Below are positions 32,866 through 42,502 of a stretch of DNA of 64,000 bases, piece after piece. The notes under the pieces are model-generated. The model worked only from the letters and a program-made list of their open reading frames with translations. It ran no database searches and was not told where the DNA came from. The stretch is from Heterodontus francisci (taxonomy: Eukaryota), in NCBI RefSeq assembly GCF_036365525.1, contig NC_090382.1, forward strand, positions 34,145,298 through 34,209,297, in the 5' to 3' direction. A program made the translations under genes and the position numbers. How positions within the stretch are numbered: the first letter of the stretch is position 1; every line of letters starts with the position of its first letter.

Positions 32866-35804
32866 TTTTTCCTTTAATTTGTCCGTGGGATGTGAGCATC
32901 GCTGGCCAGGCCAGCATTTATTGCCCATTCCTAATTGCCCTTTAGAAGTTGGTGGTGAGCTGCCTTCTTGAACCGCTGCAGTCCATGTGGGGTAGGTATA
33001 CCCACAGTGCTGTTAGGAAGGGAGTTCCAGGATTTTGGCCCAGCGACGGTGAAGAAATGGTGTTATAGTTCCAAGTCAGGATGTGTGACTTAGAGGGGAA
33101 CTTGCAGGTGGTTGTGTTCCCATGCATCTGCTACCCTTGCCCTTCTAAGTGGTAGAGGTCGCGGGTTTTGAAGGTTCTGTCGAAGGAGTCTTGGTGAGTT
33201 GCTGCAGTGCATCTTGTAGATGGTACACACTGCTGCTGTGCACCGGTGGTGGAGGGAGAGAATGATTAAGGTGGTGGATGGGGTGCCAATCAAGTGGGCT
33301 GCCTTCTCTTGGAAGATGACGAGCTTCTTGAGTGTTGTTGGAGCTGCACCCTTCCAGACAAGTGGAGAGTATTCCATCACACTCCTGACTTGTCTCTTAT
33401 TGATGCTGGACAAGCTTTGGGGAGTCCAGAGGTGCGTTAGTCACTGCAGATATCCCAGACTCTGACCTGCTCTTGTAGCCATAGTATTTTGATTAATGGT
33501 AATACCCAGGTTATTGATAGTGGGGGTTCAGAGGTGGTAATGCTGTTGCACATCAAGGGGAGATGGTTAGATTCTCTCTTGTTGGAGATGTTCATTTCCT
33601 GACACTTGTGTGGCATGCCTGTTACTTGCCATTTATCAGCCCAAGTCTGAATGTTGTCCAGGTCTTGGTGCATGCAGGCACAGACTGCTTCGGTATCTGA
33701 GGAGTTGTGAATGGGACTGTACACTGTGCAAACATCAGCAAATGTCCCCATTTCTGACCTTATGATGGAGGGAAGGTCATTGATGAAGCAGCTTGAGATG
33801 GTTGGGCCTAGGAGACTGCCTTAAGGAACTCCTGCATCAATGTCCTGGGCCAACCATGATTGGCCTCCAACAATCACAGCCATCTTCCTTTGTGCTAGGT
33901 ATGACTCCAACCAGTGGAGAGTATTCAGTTCTGATGAAAGGTCACTGACCTGAAACGTTAACTCTGCTTCTCTTTCCACGGATGCTGCCAGACCTGCTGA
34001 GTATTTCCAGCACTTTTTGTTCTTATATTAGTGGAGAGTATTCCCCTGATTCCCATTGACTTCATTTTTGATAGGGCTCCTTGATGCTACACTCAGTCAA
34101 ATGCTGCCTTGATGTCAAGGGCAGTCACTCTCACCTCACCTCTGAAATTCAGCTCTTTTGTCCATGTTTGGACAAGATTGTAATGAGGTCTGGAGCTGAG
34201 TGGCCCTGGTGGAACCCAAACTAAGCACTGGTGAGCTGGTTATCGTTGAGTAAGTGCCACTTGACAGCACTGTCAACAACATCTTTCATCATTTTGTTCC
34301 AGATTGAGAGTAGACAGGATGGGGCAGTAATTTGCCAGATTGGAATTGTCCTGCTTTTTGTGGACAGGACATACCTCGGCAATTTTCCACATTGCCAGGT
34401 AGATGCCAGTGTTGTAGCTTTACTGGAACAGCTTGGCTAAGGGCACAGCTAGTTCTGGAGCACAAGACTTCATACTACAGCCAGGATGTTGTCAGGGTCC
34501 ATAGCCTTTGCTATATCTGGTGCTTTCAGATGTTTCTTAATATCACGTGTAGTGAATCGAATTGTCTGAAGTTTGACATCAGTGATGCTGGGGACCGCAG
34601 GAGGTGGCTGAGATGGATCATCCACTCAGCACTTCTGGTTGAAGATGGATGCAAATGCTTCAGCCTTGTCTTTTACACTGATGTGCTGGGCTCCCCTATC
34701 ATTGAGGATGAGGATGTTTATGGAGCCTTGTCCTCTGGTTAGATGTTTAATTGTCCACCACCATTCACAACTGGATGTTGAAGAACTGCAGATCCTTTGG
34801 TTGTGGAATTGTTTAGCTCTGTCTATAGTCTACTGCCTCCAATGTTTAACATGCATGTAGTCCTATGTTGTAGCTTCACCAGGTTGGTACCTCAGTTTTA
34901 GTTATGCTTGCTGCTGCTCCTGGCATGTTCTCCTATTAAACAAGGGTTCATCCCCTGGCTTGATGTTAATGGTAGAGTGGGGGACATGCCAGACCATGAG
35001 AGTACAGATTGTGTTTGAATGCAATTCTGCTGCTGATGGCCTACAGCACCTCATGGATGCCCAGTTTTGAGCTGCTAGATCTGTTCTGTATCTATCCCAT
35101 TTAACATGATGGAAATGCCGCAAAACATAATGGAGGTTGTCCTCAGTGTGAAGATAGATGTATCTGTGACTGGTAGATTGGTGAGAACTAGGTCAAGTAG
35201 GTTTTTCCCTGGTGTTGGTTCTCGCACCACCTGCCATAGGCCCAGTTATGTCCTTCAGGACTCGGCCAGCTCAGTCAGTACTAGTGCTACCATAAGGTCA
35301 AATAAGATTGGGTGAGAATGACTATATCAGGTGGTTGCTTGAATAGTCTGTGGGATAGCTCTCCCAATTTCAGCACATGTCCCCAGATATTAGTGAAAAG
35401 GACTTTGCAGGGTTGCTGAGCTGGATGTGCTTTTGTCATTTCTAATGCCTAGCTTGATGCCGGATGGTCCATCCAGTTTTATTCTTATTCGACTTTTCTG
35501 TAGCGGTTTGATACAACTGAGTGACTTGCTAGGCCATTTCAGAGGGGAGTTAAGAGTCAACCACATTGCTGTGGATCTGGAGTGACATGTGGTCCAGACT
35601 GAGTAAAGATGGAAGATTTCCTTCTCTGAAGAACATCATTGAACCAGATGGGTTCTTATGACAATCTGGTAGTTTCATGATCATTATTAAAGAGACTAAC
35701 CTTTTATCCCAGCTGTTGTGATGGGATTTGAACTCTTGCCTCTGGAGTATTAGCCTAGGTCTCTGGATTACTAGTTCAGTAATATTACCACGATGCTAGC
35801 GCCC
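32866..35804 (-). mobile_element. Degenerate single-ORF LINE with a tRNA-derived 5' head
   Basis: - strand: tRNA-like head (35804 to about 35720), about 300-nt SINE-shared body, APE N-terminus KVLFTNIWG...PDIVILTQSYL (about 35405-35295), RT remnants (FADV...QDLDNIQTWADKWQV; QVRSVMEYSPLVW) and the 3' tail. Confidence 0.8.
33927..33963 (+). ncRNA. Minimal type I hammerhead ribozyme motif inside a 103-bp Penelope-type insertion (33927-34029)
   Basis: AGTT-CTGATGA-A-AGGTC/act/GACCT-GAAA-CGTT-AACT: stem I AGTT/AACT, stem II AGGTC/GACCT, palindromic AACGTT in place of stem III. Insertion flanked by the 14-bp TSD AGTGGAGAGTATTC. Confidence 0.7.
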
Positions 35805-36159
35805 ACACCCACCTCCCCGCAACCTACCCCCCACTCCCACCCCCCACTACCCCACTCACCGAATGCACAGCAGGGTCTCACAAACAGCAGTGAGATAATG
35901 ACCAGATTATCCGCTTCACAGATGTTGCCGGAGGGATAAATATTGGTGAAGATAATGCATTGAACTCCCCTTCAAATAGTGTCATGGGATATTTTATATC
36001 CATCTGAGAGAGCAGGCGGGGCCTTGGTTTAACATCTCATCCGAAAGATAGCACCTCCAACAGTGCAATACTCCATCAATACTGCAGTGGAGTGTCAACC
36101 TAGATCATGTGTTCAAGTCTCTGGAGAGAAAGAGACAGCAGACAGAGAGAAAAAGATAA

Positions 36160-36505
36160 AGGGCTATCAGATAGTAAATTGTGATAGATTGCTTCCATTG
36201 GTCAATAAGACGTTAATGGGGGACACAAATTAAAGACAATCACAAAAAGAAATAAAGAGGATATTAGAAAAAGTTCTACACATGAAGGGTGGTTAGAACA
36301 TGGAATTCGCTGATACAAACGTTTGTTGAAACTAAGTGCATAAATTGTAATAAACAGGGAGGCGGACAGCAGCTTGAAAGAGGGGAATATTAAAGGAGTG
36401 CAAGCAGGAGAGTGGGATTAGACTAGGTTGTTTATATAGAGCAAAACACCAGTAAGATTTAATGGGCCAAATGGTCTCTTTCTGTGTTTTAGGGTTCTGT
36501 GACTG
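36160..36505 (+). mobile_element. Old CR1 3' fragment
   Basis: agggtggttagaacatggaattcgctg...atgggccaaatggtctctttctgtg, a CR1 3' pattern. Confidence 0.55.
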
Positions 36506-36731
36506 TAACTCAGGCCATCTTAGGTACAATTTTTGTCTTTGTAGTTAGACCAAGGTGTTCTGAGAACTGCTGTGATCTAATTTTATGATATGATTCCAAT
36601 CTGAGTTACAAACAATCAAGTGCAGTCGTTCATTGATTTGTGTTTGTCAACAATGTATTGAAAAGTCACCATCTTTGAGCAATTCCATTTTATTTATACA
36701 AATGCAATGTACAAATCCAGAGTGTTAAAGT

Positions 36732-37079
36732 ACAGTGGCACAGTGGTTCGCACCGCAGCCTCACAGCTCCAGCGACCCGGGTTCAATTCTGGGTACTGCC
36801 TGTGTGGAGTTTGCAAGTTCTCCCTGTGTCTGCGTGGGTTTCCTCCGGGTGCTCCGGTTTCCTCCCACAGCCAAAAGACTTGCAGGTTGTTAGGTAAACT
36901 GGCCATTATAAATTGCCCCTAGTATAGGTCGGTGGTAGGGGAATATAGGGACAGGTGAGGATGTGGTAGGAATATGGGATTAGTGTAGGATTAGTATAAA
37001 TGGGTGGTTAATGGTCGTCACAGACTCAGTAGGCCGAAGGGCCTGTTTCAGTGCTGTATCTCTAAATCTAAATCTAAAA
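36732..37079 (+). mobile_element. HE1-type V-SINE
   Basis: Colinear with the 17193 copy; (TAAATC)n tail. Confidence 0.9.
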
Positions 37080-38139
37080 TCATAATCACTAGCAATGGGA
37101 AAACCCTGTCTCCAAAAAACAATGCTACTGCAAAACGAAAACAGATAATGCTGGCAATGCCCTGATTACTGCCCTTGGCCTTCTGTACTATTAATTACTG
37201 TTTCAGTACACAGTAAAATTATATTTAAAAGCTTCTACAATATTCATTACTCCCTACAAACACACACGGAGCTTGTGAATGGAATAGGCATGAGAAGGTA
37301 ATGGGGCAATATTCATTGCTCCTCCTCAACAAACGCTGCAGTCTGTTGGATTGTTTTCAACACTGAGAGGCTATTCCTCCCATATTTCATCAATCAGTTC
37401 CCAGGTCAGGCTCTCTCCTGCAGCCCACAGTGAATTCTCTAGACTTTCAAATTGCTTTCGTTTTTAGCAGTTCACCAAGCACCGCTTTATTGTACAAATA
37501 TTATTAAAAAAGCAGACAATTAAAAACGGAAATAAACTGGCACTTCAGTATCAAGAGTTTCGGAGGCAAGCAGTCTGTGGTTCATATTTACAATAAGCTG
37601 GCTGATGAGAGCACTGGATGGTGGGAGGACACGAGCAATTCTCCTTAACATATTAAAAAATGTAAAGAAATCACGAGCCCTGAATGAGGCAAATAGTTTA
37701 GGTGCTTTCAAAAGGAAACTAGATGAGTACATGAGAGAAAAAGGAACAAAAGGATATCCTGAAAAGCTGAAATTAGGTAGATAAATTGGGAGGAGATTTG
37801 TGTGGAGCACAGACTAGTTGGGCTGAATAATCTGTTTCTGTGCTGTATATTCCCTGTAGTTCTACGTTAAATTCCAAACTTATCTAAAAATAGGGTGTTA
37901 ACCCATCAATGCCTTGGAATATTTCCATCATAATGTGAGTAAATGACCAATAACAACAGGTGATAAGAAATCAGCAAACATTTCTATAGTTCCCGCTGAA
38001 CTTTAACAGGTAAACACAGTGTATTTGCAAAATATGATTAAGTCAGTCCATCCTTTGTTATTCCCTCAAATGAGTTTCACTGAAATACAAGAAAGATCTT
38101 TAGAAGTAAACCCAGGAAACAATAATTGTTGCAGAGATT

Positions 38140-38335
38140 AAAACAAAAGCAATAATTGCTGGAACTCTGAAATAAAAACAGAAAATGCTGGAAATACATG
38201 GCAGGTCAGCCACTGTAATGAGAAAAAGAAGATAGGTTCTCAGTTTCCAGGAAGCTGATACACCCGAAACATGAACCTGACTTCTCTTTTACAAATGCTG
38301 ACTGGCCTACTGTGATTTTCCAGCATTTTCTGATT
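38140..38335. mobile_element. Penelope-type short repeat, inverted pair
   Basis: cagaaaatgctggaaa at about 38180 and its reverse complement tttccagcattttctg at about 38317; remnant gaaacatgaacc between them. Confidence 0.55.
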
Positions 38336-38789
38336 AATATTGCACCAAAATGGTTGAAAAATGTGTCAATATCAATTACATTTACTGGATATTTTATTAG
38401 TAAAACTACTTTAAAAGACAAGAGGAAGAAACTGTTGTCAGCAACAGAAGCATATGGGGGCTATCATGTTTTTAGGTTTCTACGCTAACTTTACTGAGTT
38501 TCCTCAGAAAATTCCTGCAAGTAGTCCTCATATTCCCTACGATCTGGAGTGTACTTCCCCTTGCCAATATCTAAGTAAACAATAGACAGACCCAGGAATT
38601 GTAACCGAGAATCTTATGCTGTACACTGACTACTGGAAGGTATCACATGCCACCCCTTGATGTTTCCCTTTTCCAAAAGCAGAGTGAACATGCACTTTCA
38701 ACCGACTGTTCATCAGATTCTGAACCAACAACTGATTTTATTTACAATCAAAATGGGAGTGTAACAGCGAGACCATTCTCACCTTTATC

Positions 38790-39150
38790 TACAGTTAGGA
38801 TCATACAATCATACAGCACAGGAGACCATTCAGCCCATCTTGTCTCTGCTAGCTCTTTGTAAGGGCTATCCAATTAGCCCTACTACCCTGCTGTTTCCTT
38901 ATCACCCTTCCAATTTCTCATTTTCAATTATGTATCCAATTCTCTTTACCAAGTTATTTTTTAATGTAACGTCACCACCCTTGCAGACACTGCATTCCAG
39001 ATTGTAACAATTTACTGCATTAAAAGAATTATCCTTATACCCCTACCTTGCATATTTTGCCAATTATCTTAAATCTGGGACCTCTAGTTCCTCACCCTCC
39101 TGCTAGTGAAAACAGTTTCTCCCTTTCTACTCTATCAAAGCTCCTCAATA
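38790..39150 (-). mobile_element. Old CR1 3' fragment
   Basis: atcatacagcacaggag.ccattcagccc, the reverse complement of a CR1 tail. Confidence 0.55.
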
Positions 39151-39184
39151 AGGATTCAGTGGTCTCTCTAAGAGCGGAGGAATA

Positions 39185-39828
39185 AAAGAAAGACGTGCAT
39201 TTATACAACACCTTTCACAACTACAGGGTGTCCCAAAGAGCTTTACAGCAAATGAATTACTTTTGAAGTGTATTTGATTTTTTTGATTTAGAGATACAGC
39301 ACTGAAACAGGCCCTTCAGCCCACCGACTCTGTGCCGACCATTAACCACCCATTTATACTAATCCTACACTAATCCCATATTCCTACCACATCCTCACCT
39401 GTCCCTATATTCCCCTACCACCTCCCTATACTAGGGGCAATTTATAATGGCCAATTTACCTATTGTAGTTGTAATGTGGGAAATGCAGCAGCCAATTTGT
39501 GCACAGCAAGCTCCCACAAGCAGCAATTTGATAATGACCAAATAATCTGATTTTTTTGTGATGTTGATTGAGGAGTAAATATTGGCCAGGACACCCTGCT
39601 CTTCTTTGAAATAATGCCACGGGATCTTTTATGTCGACCTGGGAGGGTAGATGGGACCTTGGTTTAACGTCTCATCTGAAAGACGACACTGCAGACAATG
39701 CAGTGTTCTCTCAGTACTTCACTGGACTGTTGGCCTAGATTTTTGTGCTCAGGTCCTAGAGTGGGACTTGAACCCACAATCTTCTGACTCAGGGATGAGA
39801 GTGCTACCAGCTAAGTGATGGCTGACAC
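39185..39828 (-). mobile_element. DeuSINE (SacSINE1-like) containing the 3' half of an HE1 SINE (about 39275-39463, -)
   Basis: tRNA head at about 39828-39760; Deu-like domain; internal HE1 tail (tttagagatacagcactgaaacaggcccttc). Confidence 0.8.
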
Positions 39829-39923
39829 AGTTCCACTGCTGTTGGTGCCAACAGTGACGGAATTGATAATGGATGTAAACTAATATCTAGACTTCTCAAG
39901 GTGATAGCTGTGAACCAAAAGTG

Positions 39924-40009
39924 CTACTCTTGTCCATGTGCCATGCAATTGGTGTTTGCATAGGTGGATTCCGGTCTGATGTCCAGGTTCGGAGCCTCCC
40001 TGAAATTAG
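39924..40009 (-). CDS. Putative terminal cytoplasmic exon (ANFREAPNLDIRPESTYANTNCMAHGQE*)
   Basis: Strong pyrimidine tract tgtttttgttctttgatgcag; phase-1 continuation from the TM exon; ends in TAG at 39926-39924. Confidence 0.65.
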
Positions 40010-41715
40010 CTGCATCAAAGAACAAAAACACAGATTCTGTAATCATAATTTGTTCTGTCTCATTCTGTGGAAGTTGTTCCAATAACTTGTAACTTTGTCT
40101 ATAGAATTAATTATCAAAACAGTTGGCTGGATTATCTTCTTTAAACAGCACATGAGCCACAGCAAATACAATTAGGCAATGAGAATTGTACAGAACCAGT
40201 CCCATTTTCCATCCATTGATTTACATGGAAACAAAATCAGGCAGGCTCTGTTTCGGAAGTGTCATCCTCCCCTCCCGATATTTCTCTCTTGGCTCAGCCC
40301 AGGTAAGCTTTACCACTGGGGGGTAAAGACAAAAATCCCTGCCAATGGGTATTATTTAAATATAATATATAACGGACCAGGAAGGCAGTGAAGCCAAACT
40401 TACCGGTCTTGGTGTGGGAGGAACAAGTGGTTTTCTTGTAGATGGCAATAAGAACAACAATAATTAAAAGCAGGCCTCCCAATACAGCAACAATCCACAA
40501 TGAAATTATCATCCTCAGGGTTCCACCAGACTTCACTGCTTTAAATACAAGTAATGAAGATATCAGATCTCTTTGAAACAGGGCAGAGGTACCAGAGCAT
40601 AAAATAACATAGTGCAATATGTATTCCTTATTTAGAAGTAGGTTTTTCTTTGGGTGGTGTACAGCATATGTCATCTAACCCACCTGGAGGCATAAATACT
40701 AGAACTCAACATTGCCCAGAATAAGGAAGCACTTACTGCAGATTTCCTAAAGTTTGCACAGCTCTTATTCAATATCTATCCATTGGCACTCTGTCTGTGT
40801 TAATTACATTCGTGTGAGAATGGTTCTCTGTGTAAGTGAATGCAATTCAACCTGAAATGAGCCATGAATCTCGGCTGTTCCAGTTTGTTTTTAGATTTAA
40901 CTCTTCACAGCTGTGAAAATGCCTTCTCTGAAACCACCCTGGGATATTTCCAAGGGGTTACTGATTGACTGCATGTAACCTCATAAACATACACCCAACA
41001 AACACACACCCNNNNNNNNNNNNNNNNNNNNNNNNNNNNNNNNNNNNNNNNNNNNNNNNNNNNNNNNNNNNNNNNNNNNNNNNNNNNNNNNNNNNNNNNN
41101 NNNNNNNNNNNNNNNNNNNNNNNNNNNNNNNNNNNNNNNNNNNNNNNNNNNNNNACATCACCCACAGCCCACACATACATCCACAATTCCCTTTCCCACA
41201 AACACACAGCCAACCCAGGCCAAAACACCACATCCCAACACACATAAACCCTCCCCAAGCATACACCATACCCACACACCATGCACACCCACACCCAAAC
41301 ATGTTCACCCCACCCATACGCCCCTACATCCCTCCTACACACACACCCATACATATAAGCACTCCATTTACACACATACTAATGTCAAACTTACCCAGAT
41401 CCTTACTGACTGCTCTGTATATCGGCTGTCCCAGGGACACGTGTTTCACCTCACACCAGTACATGCGATTACTGTCCCACTCTGCCCTCAGCACAGTGAG
41501 CTGGCTGACAGTCCGGTAGCTGCTATTACTGCCCAAAGCCACTGCAAATGGCATCACTCCCATATCCACTGGACCATTCTCATCTCTCCAAGTCACAGAA
41601 ATATCAGCAGGATAAAAGTCTGACACCAAACAATTCATTGCAACAGTTTGCCCTGCCGAGGCAGCGTCAAGTGGGGGAGAGATCAGATAGATCACAGGCT
41701 CCCGAATGTAACCAT
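39924..41715 (-). CDS. Immunoglobulin-superfamily type I membrane protein, 3' part: C1-set domain + TM + Tyr-containing tail; complement(join(39924..40009,40404..40538,41395..41715))
   Basis: Exons joined by phase-1 introns with canonical splice sites, in one frame ending in TAG: ...YWCEVKHVSLGQPIYRAVSKDL-AVKSGGTLRMIISLWIVAVLGGLLLIIVVLIAIYKKTTCSSHTKT-ANFREAPNLDIRPESTYANTNCMAHGQE*. Confidence 0.8.
40404..40538 (-). CDS. Transmembrane exon of the C1-domain receptor
   Basis: Tandem AAGCAG (NAGNAG) acceptor and G/gtaagttt donor; encodes hydrophobic IISLWIVAVLGGLLLIIVVLIAIY followed by a KK stop-transfer; phase matches the C1 exon. Confidence 0.85.
41012..41154. other. Assembly gap (143 N) inside CA-rich low-complexity intron sequence
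   Basis: Run of N flanked by (CA)/(CCCA)-rich repeats. Confidence 0.99.
41395..41715 (-). CDS. Ig C1-set (constant-type) domain exon
   Basis: 321 nt, phase 1-1 (ctgtag/AT...G/gtaagttt). EPVIYLISPP, MNCLVSDFYPADISVTW, YRTVSQLTV, AEWDS and YWCEVKH give both Cys, the Trp and the C1-set YxCxVxH signature; one N-glycan sequon (NSS). Confidence 0.93.
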
Positions 41716-42280
41716 CTACAGCATAGACAGGAACATATCATTAGATAAGAGATTAAATAAATATTTACAGCTTTATCACATGCATTAGGTCAAATGTATT
41801 TAAACCATGTTAAGTGAAGGCAGAGAGCAGTGAGTATCCAGGTAAAACAGCATCAATAATTCTGTAATAAAGCAGAATGATCAATTAGATATTCAGACCT
41901 CTAGATTATGGAAAATGATTGCATTAGGGCTCCTGATTACTCTAACAGCAAGTAAAACATTCAGTAATTCATAAACTGTTACAGCACAAGATAGCACAGT
42001 ACAAGCTAACACCACTGTCACATATATGCATGGAGAAATTATGAAATTATAAAACAAACCCCAAACGGACACTTATCCTGAAAAACAAGATGGAGTCGCG
42101 AGGTCAAGCGATCTTATGCTGTACTGCCAATACACATGGAAACTACTAGAACCCTGAGTCAATCTTCATGTCTGGACCAGCCTTGGAGAAGGCATTAAAA
42201 TGTAAATGGCCCATTCTGTGTTAATGTCTACCGCGTTTCAACAAATTGGGTTGATAATGGCATGGCAGACATGATGTCTC

Positions 42281-42502
42281 CAACTCCCTGTCCCACAAAC
42301 ACACAGCCAATCTAGGCCAAAACACCCACAGCCCAACACACATAAACCATCCCCAAACATACACACACATCCAATCCAACCAAGCACCCCCACAGCCCCC
42401 CTACACACACCCATACATAGAAGCACTCCATTTACACACATACTAATGTAGAGCTGACCCAGATCCTTACTGACAGCTCTGCATATCGGCTGCCCCAGGG
42501 AC
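42281..42502 (-). pseudogene. Diverged duplicate of the 3' end of the C1 exon plus adjacent intron, embedded in an LTR
   Basis: Aligns to about 41183-41438 (e.g. cccagatccttactgac..gctctg.atatcggctg.cccagggac; aagcactccatttacacacatactaatgt). Confidence 0.85.

Larger units (their letters stand above)
32730..36125 (-). mobile_element. DeuSINE split by a LINE insertion (about 32730-32860 and 35861-36125)
   Basis: Both flanks match consecutive parts of the - strand DeuSINE at 39185-39828. Confidence 0.65.

Noticed and set aside
40905-41519. ORFs spanning the N run
   Set aside because: Artefacts of the gap and CA/GT low-complexity sequence.
40404-41715. IgM/IgW/IgNAR heavy-chain or TCR constant region
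   Set aside because: The TM has no CART motif or charged residue and the tail is long; the terminal GK is simply what a phase-1 G/GTAAG donor encodes.
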